From NCBI GenBank assembly GCA_964347635.1, contig CAYFZI010000008.1:122-64121 (forward strand): a stretch of 64,000 nucleotides of DNA. Reading direction: 5' to 3'. This stretch comes from an uncultured Dehalococcoidia bacterium. Its GTDB lineage: Bacteria > Chloroflexota > Dehalococcoidia > Bin125. The notes below the pieces were generated by a model, which did not search any database, was not told where the DNA came from, and saw only the letters and a list, made by a program, of their open reading frames with translations. Positions 56,521 to 64,000 of the stretch are shown piece by piece (the stretch's first letter is position 1; every line of letters begins with the position of its first letter). Both the position numbers and the translations under genes were made by a program.

Positions 56521-57920
56521 GCGCCGCCGACGATCGGCTGATCTTCGCCTCGGCAGCCTCGATCGCGCGCCGCATTCGCGCCAAAGACGTGCCCGCCGTT
56601 GAAGTCCTGGAAGCGCACCTCGCCCGCATCGAACAAGTCAACGGCGGCCTCAACGCGGTTGTCCAGCTTTGCGCGGAGCGGGCCCGCGCGGAGGCCGAGG
56701 CCGCCGACGCCGCCGTGCGCCGCGGCGGCGAGCTCGGACCGCTGCACGGTGTGCCAATCACGCTCAAGGACTCGCACGACACCGCAGGCGTCGTCAGCAG
56801 CGGCGGCACGCTCGGGCGGCGCAACTTTGTGCCCGAACGCGACTCGACAGTGACCGCGCGGCTGTGCGCCGCCGGCGCAATCCTGATCGGCAAGACGAAC
56901 ACCCCCGAGCTAACTATGTGCGGGGAGACCGACAATCTCGTCTACGGGCGCAGCAACAACCCGTTCGACCCGGCGCGCACGCCCGGCGGCTCGAGCGGCG
57001 GCGCGGCTGCGATGATCGCCGCCGGCGGCTCGCCACTCGACATCGGCAGCGACACCGGCGGCAGCATCCGCTCCCCCGCGCACTGCTGCGGCATCGCCGC
57101 GCTCAAGCCCACCTCAGGCCGCGTCCCGCGCAGCGGCCACATCATCCCCTGGGGCATGGGCGCCGCCGACTACGCCACTGTGCTCGGGCCTATGGCGCGG
57201 TTCGTCGAAGACCTCGTTCTCACACTCCCGATCATCTGCGGCCCCGACGGCGTCGACCCGGCGATCGCGCCGATGCCGCTCAACGACCCTGCCGATGTCA
57301 ACCTCGAGCGCCTGCGGATCGCCTGGTACACCGACGTCGACGGCTACGACCCGCCTGACGACGACACGCGGCGCACGGTCGCCGCAGCGGTCGCGGCGCT
57401 CAGCGGCCGCACGGCCTCTGTTCGCGAGGACCACCCCGCCGCGCTGAGCCGCATCCCCGAGCTGCGCAACCGCATCGACGGCCCCGACGGCTGGGCCTGG
57501 GTTGACCGAATGCTGGCCCGCTGGGGCACCGAAGCACGCTCGCCGCAGCTTGCCGCGGTGTTCCCTGAACTTGAGCCGATCAGCTCGTCCGACTTCATGC
57601 AGGCGCTCGAAGAGCAGGACCGCATTCGGAGCGAGATGCTCGGCTGGCTGCAGGGCTGCGACGCCGTCATCGCCCCCGTCGCCGCGATGCCCGCACCCGA
57701 GCACGGCAGCACGCTGCAGCGCGCAAACCGCACCCGGTTCTACACCGCGCCCTACAACATCAGCGGCTGGCCTGCTGCCGTCGTGCGCTGCGGCAGCTCC
57801 GCCGAGGGCCTCCCGATCGGCCTGCAGATCATCGCCCATCCCTGGCGCGAAGACGTTGCGCTGGCGCTCGCCGCCGCGCTCGAGCTGGATCTCGGCGGCT
57901 GGCAGCCTCCGCCGCTCTGA
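56517..57920 (+). CDS. Amidase (amidase-signature family), tandem copy 2
   Basis: The GTG start overlaps the copy-1 stop (GTGA). The N-terminal third is nearly identical to copy 1. Confidence 0.8.
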   Translation: MSAADDRLIFASAASIARRIRAKDVPAVEVLEAHLARIEQVNGGLNAVVQLCAERARAEAEAADAAVRRGGELGPLHGVPITLKDSHDTAGVVSSGGTLGRRNFVPERDSTVTARLCAAGAILIGKTNTPELTMCGETDNLVYGRSNNPFDPARTPGGSSGGAAAMIAAGGSPLDIGSDTGGSIRSPAHCCGIAALKPTSGRVPRSGHIIPWGMGAADYATVLGPMARFVEDLVLTLPIICGPDGVDPAIAPMPLNDPADVNLERLRIAWYTDVDGYDPPDDDTRRTVAAAVAALSGRTASVREDHPAALSRIPELRNRIDGPDGWAWVDRMLARWGTEARSPQLAAVFPELEPISSSDFMQALEEQDRIRSEMLGWLQGCDAVIAPVAAMPAPEHGSTLQRANRTRFYTAPYNISGWPAAVVRCGSSAEGLPIGLQIIAHPWREDVALALAAALELDLGGWQPPPL

Positions 57921-57987
57921 GCAGCGCGAACTGCTTGGTACGCTGTCGCCGCAGCAAGCAGCGACGAGCAGTGAAAGGCGCACCGTC

Positions 57988-59478
57988 TTGCACGACACGG
58001 CAGCCCGCGACACGCCAGCCAGCGGAACGGCAGCCCGCGGACAAGACGCTCAGCAGGACGCCCAGCAGGCTCTCGGCGTGGCCTTCGCCCCGCGCTCGGT
58101 GGCGATCGCGGGGGTCTCCGCCTCCAACAGCGGCTGGGGCGGCGGGCAGTCCTTCCTCCGCAGCATCCGCAACCTCGGCCGGCTCGAGCAGGTCTACTGC
58201 ATCAACCCCAAGGGCGGGCGGCTAGCGGACGGCACGCCGATCTACCGCTCGCTCGCAGAGACGCCCGGCGACGTCGACTACCTGATCTCAGCCGTTCCCG
58301 CCTCGGCAATTCTGAGCCTCGTGGACGACGCCGTCGGCAAAGGCGTGCGCGTCATCCACATGTTCACCGCCGGCTTCTCCGAAACGGGCGATGCAGAACG
58401 CACCGATCTCGAGCGCGAGGTGCTCACACGGCTCCGCGCCGGCGGCATGCGCCTGATCGGGCCCAACTGCATGGGCATTCACTCGACGCGCGGCGGCGTC
58501 TCCTTCAGCGAGTCGGCCTCGCGCACGCCGGGCCGCGTCGGGATGCTCTCGCAGAGCGGGATGAACGCCAGCGAAGTGCTCAGCCGCGGCGCGCGGCGCG
58601 GGATTCACTTCTCCAACGTCGCCTCCTTCGGCAACGCCAGCGACCTCAACGAGGCCGACTACCTCCAGTTTCTCGCCAACGACCCCGACACCGACATCGT
58701 GCTTGCCTACCTCGAAGGGCTCCGCGACGGCCGCCGCTTTCTGCGCGCCGCCCGCTCGATGGCCGGCCGCCGCCCGCTGGCCGTGCTCAAAGGCGGCCTG
58801 ACCGAAGCCGGCTCGCGCGCCGCCAGCTCCCACACCGGCTCGCTGGCCGGCTCCGCCCAAATCTGGAACGCGGTTCAGCGGCAGGCCGGCTTCATGCGCG
58901 CCGACAGCGTCGATGAACTGCTCGACCTCGCCGTCACCAGCCAGCGGCTGTCGAGCATCGCAGGCCCGCGCGCCGCGGTGCTCGGCGGCGGCGGCGGCGT
59001 CTCCGTGCTCGCCGCCGACATCTGCGATCGCGCCGGCATTCCCGTGCCCTGGTTCAGCGCCGAGACCCAGCAGCGGCTGAGCCAGTTCACTCCCGTCGCC
59101 GGCACCTCGGTCCGCAACCCGCTCGACGCCGGCTTCATGTTCGCGGGCGATCACGTTGAGGCGGCCCTGAGCGCCGTCGCCGAGGATGAATCGATCGACT
59201 GGATCATGGTGCACACCGGCACGGACATCAGCTTCCGCAGCGACCGCAGCGGCTTCGAGGAGCGCTTCGCTGCGCGCCTCGGCGAGCTGGCGCCCAGGCT
59301 TGGCCGCCCGCTCGCCGTTGTGATCCGCCCGCCCAACAGCATGGACGGCTTCGAGAAGGGGCTGCAGCTCCAGCGCCGCCTCAACGAAGCAGCAATCGCC
59401 TGCTACCAGTCGCTCGAATCCTGCGCGACCGCCGTACGGCGCTACCTGGACTGGAAGTCGCAGCCAACCGGCTCGTGA
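57988..59478 (+). CDS. CoA-binding domain protein (NDP-forming acyl-CoA synthetase alpha-like)
   Basis: SVAIAGVS...CINPKGG...GPNCMGI... CoA-binding / succinyl-CoA synthetase-like flavodoxin domains. The start is uncertain: a TTG in frame at 57988 is the candidate, with no ATG after the amidase stop. Confidence 0.65.
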   Translation: MHDTAARDTPASGTAARGQDAQQDAQQALGVAFAPRSVAIAGVSASNSGWGGGQSFLRSIRNLGRLEQVYCINPKGGRLADGTPIYRSLAETPGDVDYLISAVPASAILSLVDDAVGKGVRVIHMFTAGFSETGDAERTDLEREVLTRLRAGGMRLIGPNCMGIHSTRGGVSFSESASRTPGRVGMLSQSGMNASEVLSRGARRGIHFSNVASFGNASDLNEADYLQFLANDPDTDIVLAYLEGLRDGRRFLRAARSMAGRRPLAVLKGGLTEAGSRAASSHTGSLAGSAQIWNAVQRQAGFMRADSVDELLDLAVTSQRLSSIAGPRAAVLGGGGGVSVLAADICDRAGIPVPWFSAETQQRLSQFTPVAGTSVRNPLDAGFMFAGDHVEAALSAVAEDESIDWIMVHTGTDISFRSDRSGFEERFAARLGELAPRLGRPLAVVIRPPNSMDGFEKGLQLQRRLNEAAIACYQSLESCATAVRRYLDWKSQPTGS

Positions 59479-59496
59479 CCGTGACAATGTGACAGC

Positions 59497-59862
59497 ATGC
59501 CTCTCCTGCAGCTGCGGCCCAAGAATCTGTTCACCGCCCCGCAAGTGCGCGTGCTGAGCGCCGCTCGGCACGATGCCCAACACGATGCTCAAGACGCCGC
59601 CCAACAGACTGCTCAGCAGGCCGCCCAACACGAAGTGCGGCTCGCCGTCGACGGCCTCGTCTGCAGCGTCTGCGCGGCACGCGTGCAGTCTGCCCTGGAG
59701 CGGCTGCCCGGCGTGCGATCGGCCGAATGTTCGCTCGCAACGGGCCAGGCGCACGTACAGCTCGAGCTAGATGCGCCGGCCGCCGACTGGAGCGCCGCCG
59801 TCGAGGGCGTGGTGATTCTGCCGCGCTTGCGCCGCTGGCTGTCGCGGGTGTCCCGTGCCTAA
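59497..59862 (+). CDS. Heavy-metal-associated (HMA) domain protein
   Basis: LAVDGLVCSVCAARVQSALERLPGV matches the HMA MxCxxC-type fold. Confidence 0.5.
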   Translation: MPLLQLRPKNLFTAPQVRVLSAARHDAQHDAQDAAQQTAQQAAQHEVRLAVDGLVCSVCAARVQSALERLPGVRSAECSLATGQAHVQLELDAPAADWSAAVEGVVILPRLRRWLSRVSRA

Positions 59863-60745
59863 GCGGCGCGGCCGCCGCCCCGCCGTCGGCGCGCACGTCT
59901 CCGCCGCCGGCGGCCTCCACCGCGCGGTCGAGCGCGCCCAACAGATCGGCGCGGAGGCGATCCAGATCTTCGGCGCGGCGCCCCAGCAATGGCGCCGCAA
60001 GGAGCACGGCGAAGCGGCCGCCGCGCGCTTCCGCGCCGCGGCTGCGGAGGCCGATCTGGGCCCCGCCTTCATCCACGCCATCTACCTGATCAACCTCGCC
60101 AGCCCCGACGACGCACTGCTCGCCAAGAGCGTCGACGCGCTGACCGCCGAGCTCCGCCTCGGCTCCGCACTCGGCTGCGAGGGCGTGATCGTGCACGTCG
60201 GCAGCCATATGGGCGCCGGCTTCGAGCCGCAGCTGCCGCGCATCACGGCCGCGATCCAGAGAACGCTCGACGACTCCCCGGACGACATTCAACTCTGCCT
60301 CGAAAACACCGCTGGGGCGGGCCGCAGCGTCGGCGCCAGCTTCGAGGAGCTGGCCGCGATGGCGGCGGGCGTGGGCAGCGATCGGCTGCGCCTCTGCCTT
60401 GATACTTGCCACCTGCACGCCGCCGGCTACGACGTTTCCAGCGAACGCGGCCTGCGCGCGGCGGTCCAGGCCTACCGCGCCGAATTCAGCGACGACCAGC
60501 TCGCCGCCGTCCACGCCAACGACTCTAAAACCGCGCTCGGCTCCGGCAAGGACCGCCACGAGAACATCGGCCAGGGCACGATCGGCATGGCCGCCTTCCG
60601 CCGCATGATCCGCAACCGCTTGCTGCGCAAGGCCGCCTGGCTGCTGGAAGTGCCGGGCTACGCCAGCAACGGCCCCGGCGGCGCCGACATCGAGATTCTG
60701 CGCGCGCTGCGCGACGACCCCAAGCTGCCCGCGGCGCCGATCTGA
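59855..60745 (+). CDS. nfo: Endonuclease IV (deoxyribonuclease IV)
   Basis: VGAHVSAAGGL...IHAIYLINLAS...LENTAG...DTCHLHAAGYD... TIM-barrel AP-endonuclease motifs. Confidence 0.85.
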   Translation: MPKRRGRRPAVGAHVSAAGGLHRAVERAQQIGAEAIQIFGAAPQQWRRKEHGEAAAARFRAAAAEADLGPAFIHAIYLINLASPDDALLAKSVDALTAELRLGSALGCEGVIVHVGSHMGAGFEPQLPRITAAIQRTLDDSPDDIQLCLENTAGAGRSVGASFEELAAMAAGVGSDRLRLCLDTCHLHAAGYDVSSERGLRAAVQAYRAEFSDDQLAAVHANDSKTALGSGKDRHENIGQGTIGMAAFRRMIRNRLLRKAAWLLEVPGYASNGPGGADIEILRALRDDPKLPAAPI

Positions 60746-60909
60746 ACGGGAAAGGCCGAAACAGGAAAGGCGCCGCACGGCCCTCCTCCGCTTGCGGGAG
60801 TGCCGTGCCGCCCCTCCCCGCTTGCGAAGCGAAATGCCAAGCGTTGCCCCCCCCCACACACAAGTGGGGACAGGGGGATGGAGGGGGCTCGGTCGAATGC
60901 GGGCCGGCC

Positions 60910-61854
60910 CTAGCCGCGGGCTGCCCCGTAACGGCTTTTGACCAAATCGAGGAACGCCAGCGCGGCGTTGGAGAGGGTGCGGCTGCGGCGGTAGATCACG
61001 GCGATGCTGCGGCTGATCGGCGCCGCGCCGGCGATCTCGATCGGCGTCAGCTCCCCCGCAGCCAGCTCCCGCTCGACCGCGACTCGGGGCAGAAACGCTA
61101 GGCCCAGGCCGCGCAGGACCAGGTGCTTGGCCATCTCCAGGCTGTCCACATCCAGCGCGTGGCGCGGCGCAATCTCCGATTCCCGAAACACCGCGTGGCT
61201 GAGCGCGTGGTAGGACGAGCCGGTATCGAAAAACACGATCGATTCGCGCGCGATATCGCGCACCGGCGCGCGGCGGCGCTGCGCCAGCGGATGCCGCGGG
61301 CTGGCCATCAGCATGATGTCGTCCTCGTAGAGCGTGATCGCATCGATCTCCGGGTGCGCCAACCGCCGCTCAAACCCAATCTGCACCACATCATCCAGGA
61401 TCATCTGCGACACCTCCTCCGAGCGCCCCGTGCGGATCGTGATCTCCACTCCGGGGTGCGCCGCGTCAAAACGCTGCAGCAGATCGGGCAGCACATAGGT
61501 GCCGATCGTGGGCGCGGTGCCGATCAGGATCGTCCCTCCGCCCCCCTCCTGCAGGGCTTGCACCGCTTCGCTCGCATCCCGCGCCGCGTGCAGCGTCCGC
61601 TGTGCGTGCGGGAGCAGCGCCCGGCCGGCGTCGGTCAGGCGGATATCGCGGCCGAGCCGCTCAAACAGCGGCGCGCCGAGATCGCGCTCGAGCGCCGCGA
61701 TCCGCGCGCTCACCGTCGGCTGGGTCAGGCTGATCAACTGCGCCGCGCGGGTAAAGGAACGCTCGCTGGCGACCGCGATAAACGCCTCCAGACGCGGAAT
61801 GCCGATATCGTGCGGCGCCGCGTCGTCCGCGCGGCGGGGGCGGCGCGGCGGCAC
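60910..61854 (-). CDS. LysR family transcriptional regulator
   Basis: N-terminal HTH (LEAFIAVASERSFTRAAQLISLTQPTVSARIAALE). C-terminal substrate-binding domain. Confidence 0.85.
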   Translation of the reverse strand: MPPRRPRRADDAAPHDIGIPRLEAFIAVASERSFTRAAQLISLTQPTVSARIAALERDLGAPLFERLGRDIRLTDAGRALLPHAQRTLHAARDASEAVQALQEGGGGTILIGTAPTIGTYVLPDLLQRFDAAHPGVEITIRTGRSEEVSQMILDDVVQIGFERRLAHPEIDAITLYEDDIMLMASPRHPLAQRRRAPVRDIARESIVFFDTGSSYHALSHAVFRESEIAPRHALDVDSLEMAKHLVLRGLGLAFLPRVAVERELAAGELTPIEIAGAAPISRSIAVIYRRSRTLSNAALAFLDLVKSRYGAARG

Positions 61855-61857
61855 CGC

Positions 61858-62187
61858 TCAGGCCTGCCGCACGCCGGTCTTGCGCACCGTCAGATCGCCG
61901 TAAACGCCCAGCTGGCAGGCCAGCCGCACGGGCTGCTCGAGCGCGGCGCGCCCGCGCTGATTGAGCAGCGCCTCGCGCTCCGCCCGGCCGATCGCCGAGA
62001 CATGCTCGGCACCCTCCAGAATCAACACGAAACAGCCCGCGCAGCGGCACTGCATGTCGCACTGATTGGGCCACCAGAGCCCGGCTGCGCGCGCCGACTG
62101 CATCAGATTTTCCCCGTTCGGCACCGACACCTGCAGGCCGGAGGGTTGGACTGTCACTGAGTGCACGGTGCGGCGAACGGCGGCCAT
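61858..62187 (-). CDS. (2Fe-2S)-binding protein
   Basis: CDMQCRCAGCFVLILEG matches the small 2Fe-2S domain of HcnA / sarcosine-oxidase-alpha N-terminal type. It starts 4 nt after the LysR stop. Confidence 0.5.
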   Translation of the reverse strand: MAAVRRTVHSVTVQPSGLQVSVPNGENLMQSARAAGLWWPNQCDMQCRCAGCFVLILEGAEHVSAIGRAEREALLNQRGRAALEQPVRLACQLGVYGDLTVRKTGVRQA

Positions 62188-62221
62188 GCGTCTTCGCGTC
62201 TTCAATACCGCTCAACGCGCC

Positions 62222-62569
62222 TCAGGCGCTGCGCGTGATGCCGGCAAAGCCGAGGAAATCGTCCTCCCACGAAAGCACCCGCTCGACGAACCCGGCCGGC
62301 ACGGGCCGAATCTGCGCGGTGTCGAGCCCGTCCGTCGAGAGCGTCTCCGGCGGCGGGCCGACCATCACGTTCTCCTCCCGCATCCGGGCGATGATCGTCT
62401 GCACCAGCGCGGCCCGATCGTCGGGCGGCGCACCCGCTTCAATCGCGTCCCACTCCATCGACAAGACGAGATCGACAAAGCCGCCCGTCACGATCAGCCC
62501 TTCTTCGGAGAGCTGTTCGGCGATCCATTCACCGGCTTCGTTGATCAAGGCTTCCGAGGGGCGCGGCAT
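62222..62569 (-). CDS. Hypothetical protein
   Basis: Internal start MPRPSEALINEAGEW. No family recognised. Confidence 0.35.
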   Translation of the reverse strand: MPRPSEALINEAGEWIAEQLSEEGLIVTGGFVDLVLSMEWDAIEAGAPPDDRAALVQTIIARMREENVMVGPPPETLSTDGLDTAQIRPVPAGFVERVLSWEDDFLGFAGITRSA

Positions 62570-62892
62570 AGGCTGCAACTCCGAGTGCTGCTCACTCGCC
62601 CACAATCTCGGGGCGGTTGCTGTCGGTGATCGTCTCATCGCTGTCGACGCCGAGGCCGCTCTGGATCAGGATGATCATCAGCAGCACGAAGAAGATGCTC
62701 CCGACAGTGATCAGCAGCACGCGGCGCAGTCGCATGCGAGCAGCTTACCGTGCACGCCCGGCGCGCTTGAATCGGCGCGGCCCGCAGGGAGGCAGCGGGG
62801 CGGCGATTGACCCGCCGCCCTGCGGGCGGAACAATAGGCGGGCGGATGCGCTGGCCGGCAGCGCCGAACGATGAAATTGCGGGAGTGGCGGC

Positions 62893-64000
62893 GATGGATC
62901 GACCGATGCTGCATACCGACCTCTGCGATCTGCTCGATATCGAATACCCAATTGTGCTGGCCGGGATGGGGCCCACGGTCGGCGGCGGGCAGGGCGGCGT
63001 GGCCGGCCCCGAACTGGTCGCGGCCGTCTCCAACGCCGGCGGACTCGGCGTGCTCGGCGCTGCCGGCTTCCCGCCAGACCGCCTCGAAGAGCAGATCCGC
63101 CGCATCCAGGACCTCACCGACCGACCCTTCGGCGTCGACATCCTCGTCCCTGCCAACGTCGCCCGCCGCCCCAGCGGCCGCGAGCGGCCCGCAGACCCGC
63201 GCGACCTGCTGCCCGACGCGCACCGCGCCGTGATCAACGACATCCGCGAGCGGCTCGAACTGCCCGACGCCCAGGCGCCACGCGCCGATGTGCGCGCGCC
63301 CCGCTTCACGCCCCAGGATCAGGTCGACGCGATCACCGGCATGCAGGTGCCCGTGCTCGCCACCGGGCTCGGCAACCCCGCGCCGTTCGTCGACCAAGTG
63401 CACGAGGCCAACGGCAAGGTGATCTCGCTTGTCGGCAATGTCAAAAATGCGCTGCGCGTGGCCGAAGGCGGTGCCGACATCGTGGTCGCGCAGGGCCACG
63501 AGGCCGGCGGCCATACCGGACGGATCGGCACGATGGCACTGCTGCCGCAGGTGCTCGACGCCGTATCGCCGACGCCGGTGGTCGCCGCCGGCGGGATCGG
63601 CGACGGGCGCGGCCTCGCCGCCGCGCTCGCCATGGGCTGCGTCGGCGTCTGGTGCGGCACCATCTTCATCCCCACCGAGGAAGCCAATCTGGACGAATTC
63701 CGCAAGCGCCGGATCCTCGCCGCGCGCGACGAAGACACCCGCGTCACCCGCCTCTACAGCGGCAAAACGATGCGCAACATCACCAACGAGCTGATCGAAG
63801 CGTGGGAAGCATCGGGCGAGCAGGCGCTGCCGATGGGCCTGCAGGGGCTGCTGATCGCGGATATCGCGGAGGCTGCGAAGCAGGGCGAGCGGGAAGACCT
63901 GCTGATGAACGCAGCGGGCCAGATCTCGGGCCTGCTGCACGAGATTCGGCCGGCCGCCGAGGTGCTGGAGGAGATGGTGCGGGAAGCGGTCGAAGTCTTC
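62893..64000 (+). CDS. Nitronate monooxygenase (NMO / FabK-like FMN oxidoreductase), 3' truncated by the window end
   Basis: MDRPMLHTDLCDLLDIEYPIVLAGMG...GGLGVLGAAG...VVAQGHEAGGHTG... is diagnostic of the NMO family. It runs off the window end. Confidence 0.8.

Noticed and set aside
59531-60859. 442-aa minus-strand ORF
   Set aside because: Antisense to nfo and the HMA gene.
62592-62735. 47-aa minus-strand small membrane ORF (MRLRRVLLITVGSIFFVLLMIILIQSG...)
   Set aside because: Plausible but too short to support without coding-potential or conservation evidence. Left unannotated.
1-64000. CRISPR arrays, rRNA, tRNA, IS elements
   Set aside because: - No regular spacer-repeat array was seen.
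- No transposase-like ORF was seen.
- No cloverleaf-like tRNA was noticed apart from the tRNA-like domain of ssrA.

Overview
This window is high-GC (roughly 70%) bacterial chromosomal DNA. Genes are densely packed and carry long N-terminal ORF extensions and many antisense shadow ORFs, as expected at this GC content. No rRNA, tRNA, CRISPR array, transposase or integrase was seen.

Housekeeping and metabolic content: a class V aminotransferase-serA-DUF1015 serine-biosynthesis neighbourhood, a HIT protein, RNase PH, an amidase, a catabolic cluster (TPP-dependent enzyme, two family-III CoA-transferases, acyl-CoA dehydrogenase), several hydrolases and oxidoreductases, a NuoE/NuoF-like diaphorase pair, mutS-mutL, two family-5 peptide/nickel ABC transporter loci (substrate-binding protein plus permeases), formate-THF ligase, NudC, two tandem amidases, and nfo.

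The most notable items:
- A tmRNA (ssrA) gene on the minus strand at 34378..34734, with smpB about 3.4 kb away.
- A peroxiredoxin (52832..53299) with an in-frame TGA exactly at the peroxidatic cysteine position, which makes it a candidate selenoprotein. The TGA coordinates rest on the ORF-track frame, because my direct read of that stretch was off by one.
- A frameshifted and internally deleted rhodanese remnant (45783..46158) that also has TGA at the catalytic Cys position.
- An orphan DGQHR-domain (DndB-like) protein in a lower-GC patch (13203..14369).
- A Phd-like antitoxin plus Doc/Fic toxin pair (20034..20777).
- A 522-aa coiled-coil protein of unknown function next to ssrA (34824..36392).
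- Tandem paralogous membrane proteins joined by a GTGA overlap (49957..50879).
- A CysO-like sulfur-carrier protein with a three-residue tail after the Gly-Gly.

I would test the orphan DGQHR gene and the ssrA-adjacent 522-aa protein first as candidates for an undescribed defence or other system. The Sec-Prx call is the most concrete testable claim.
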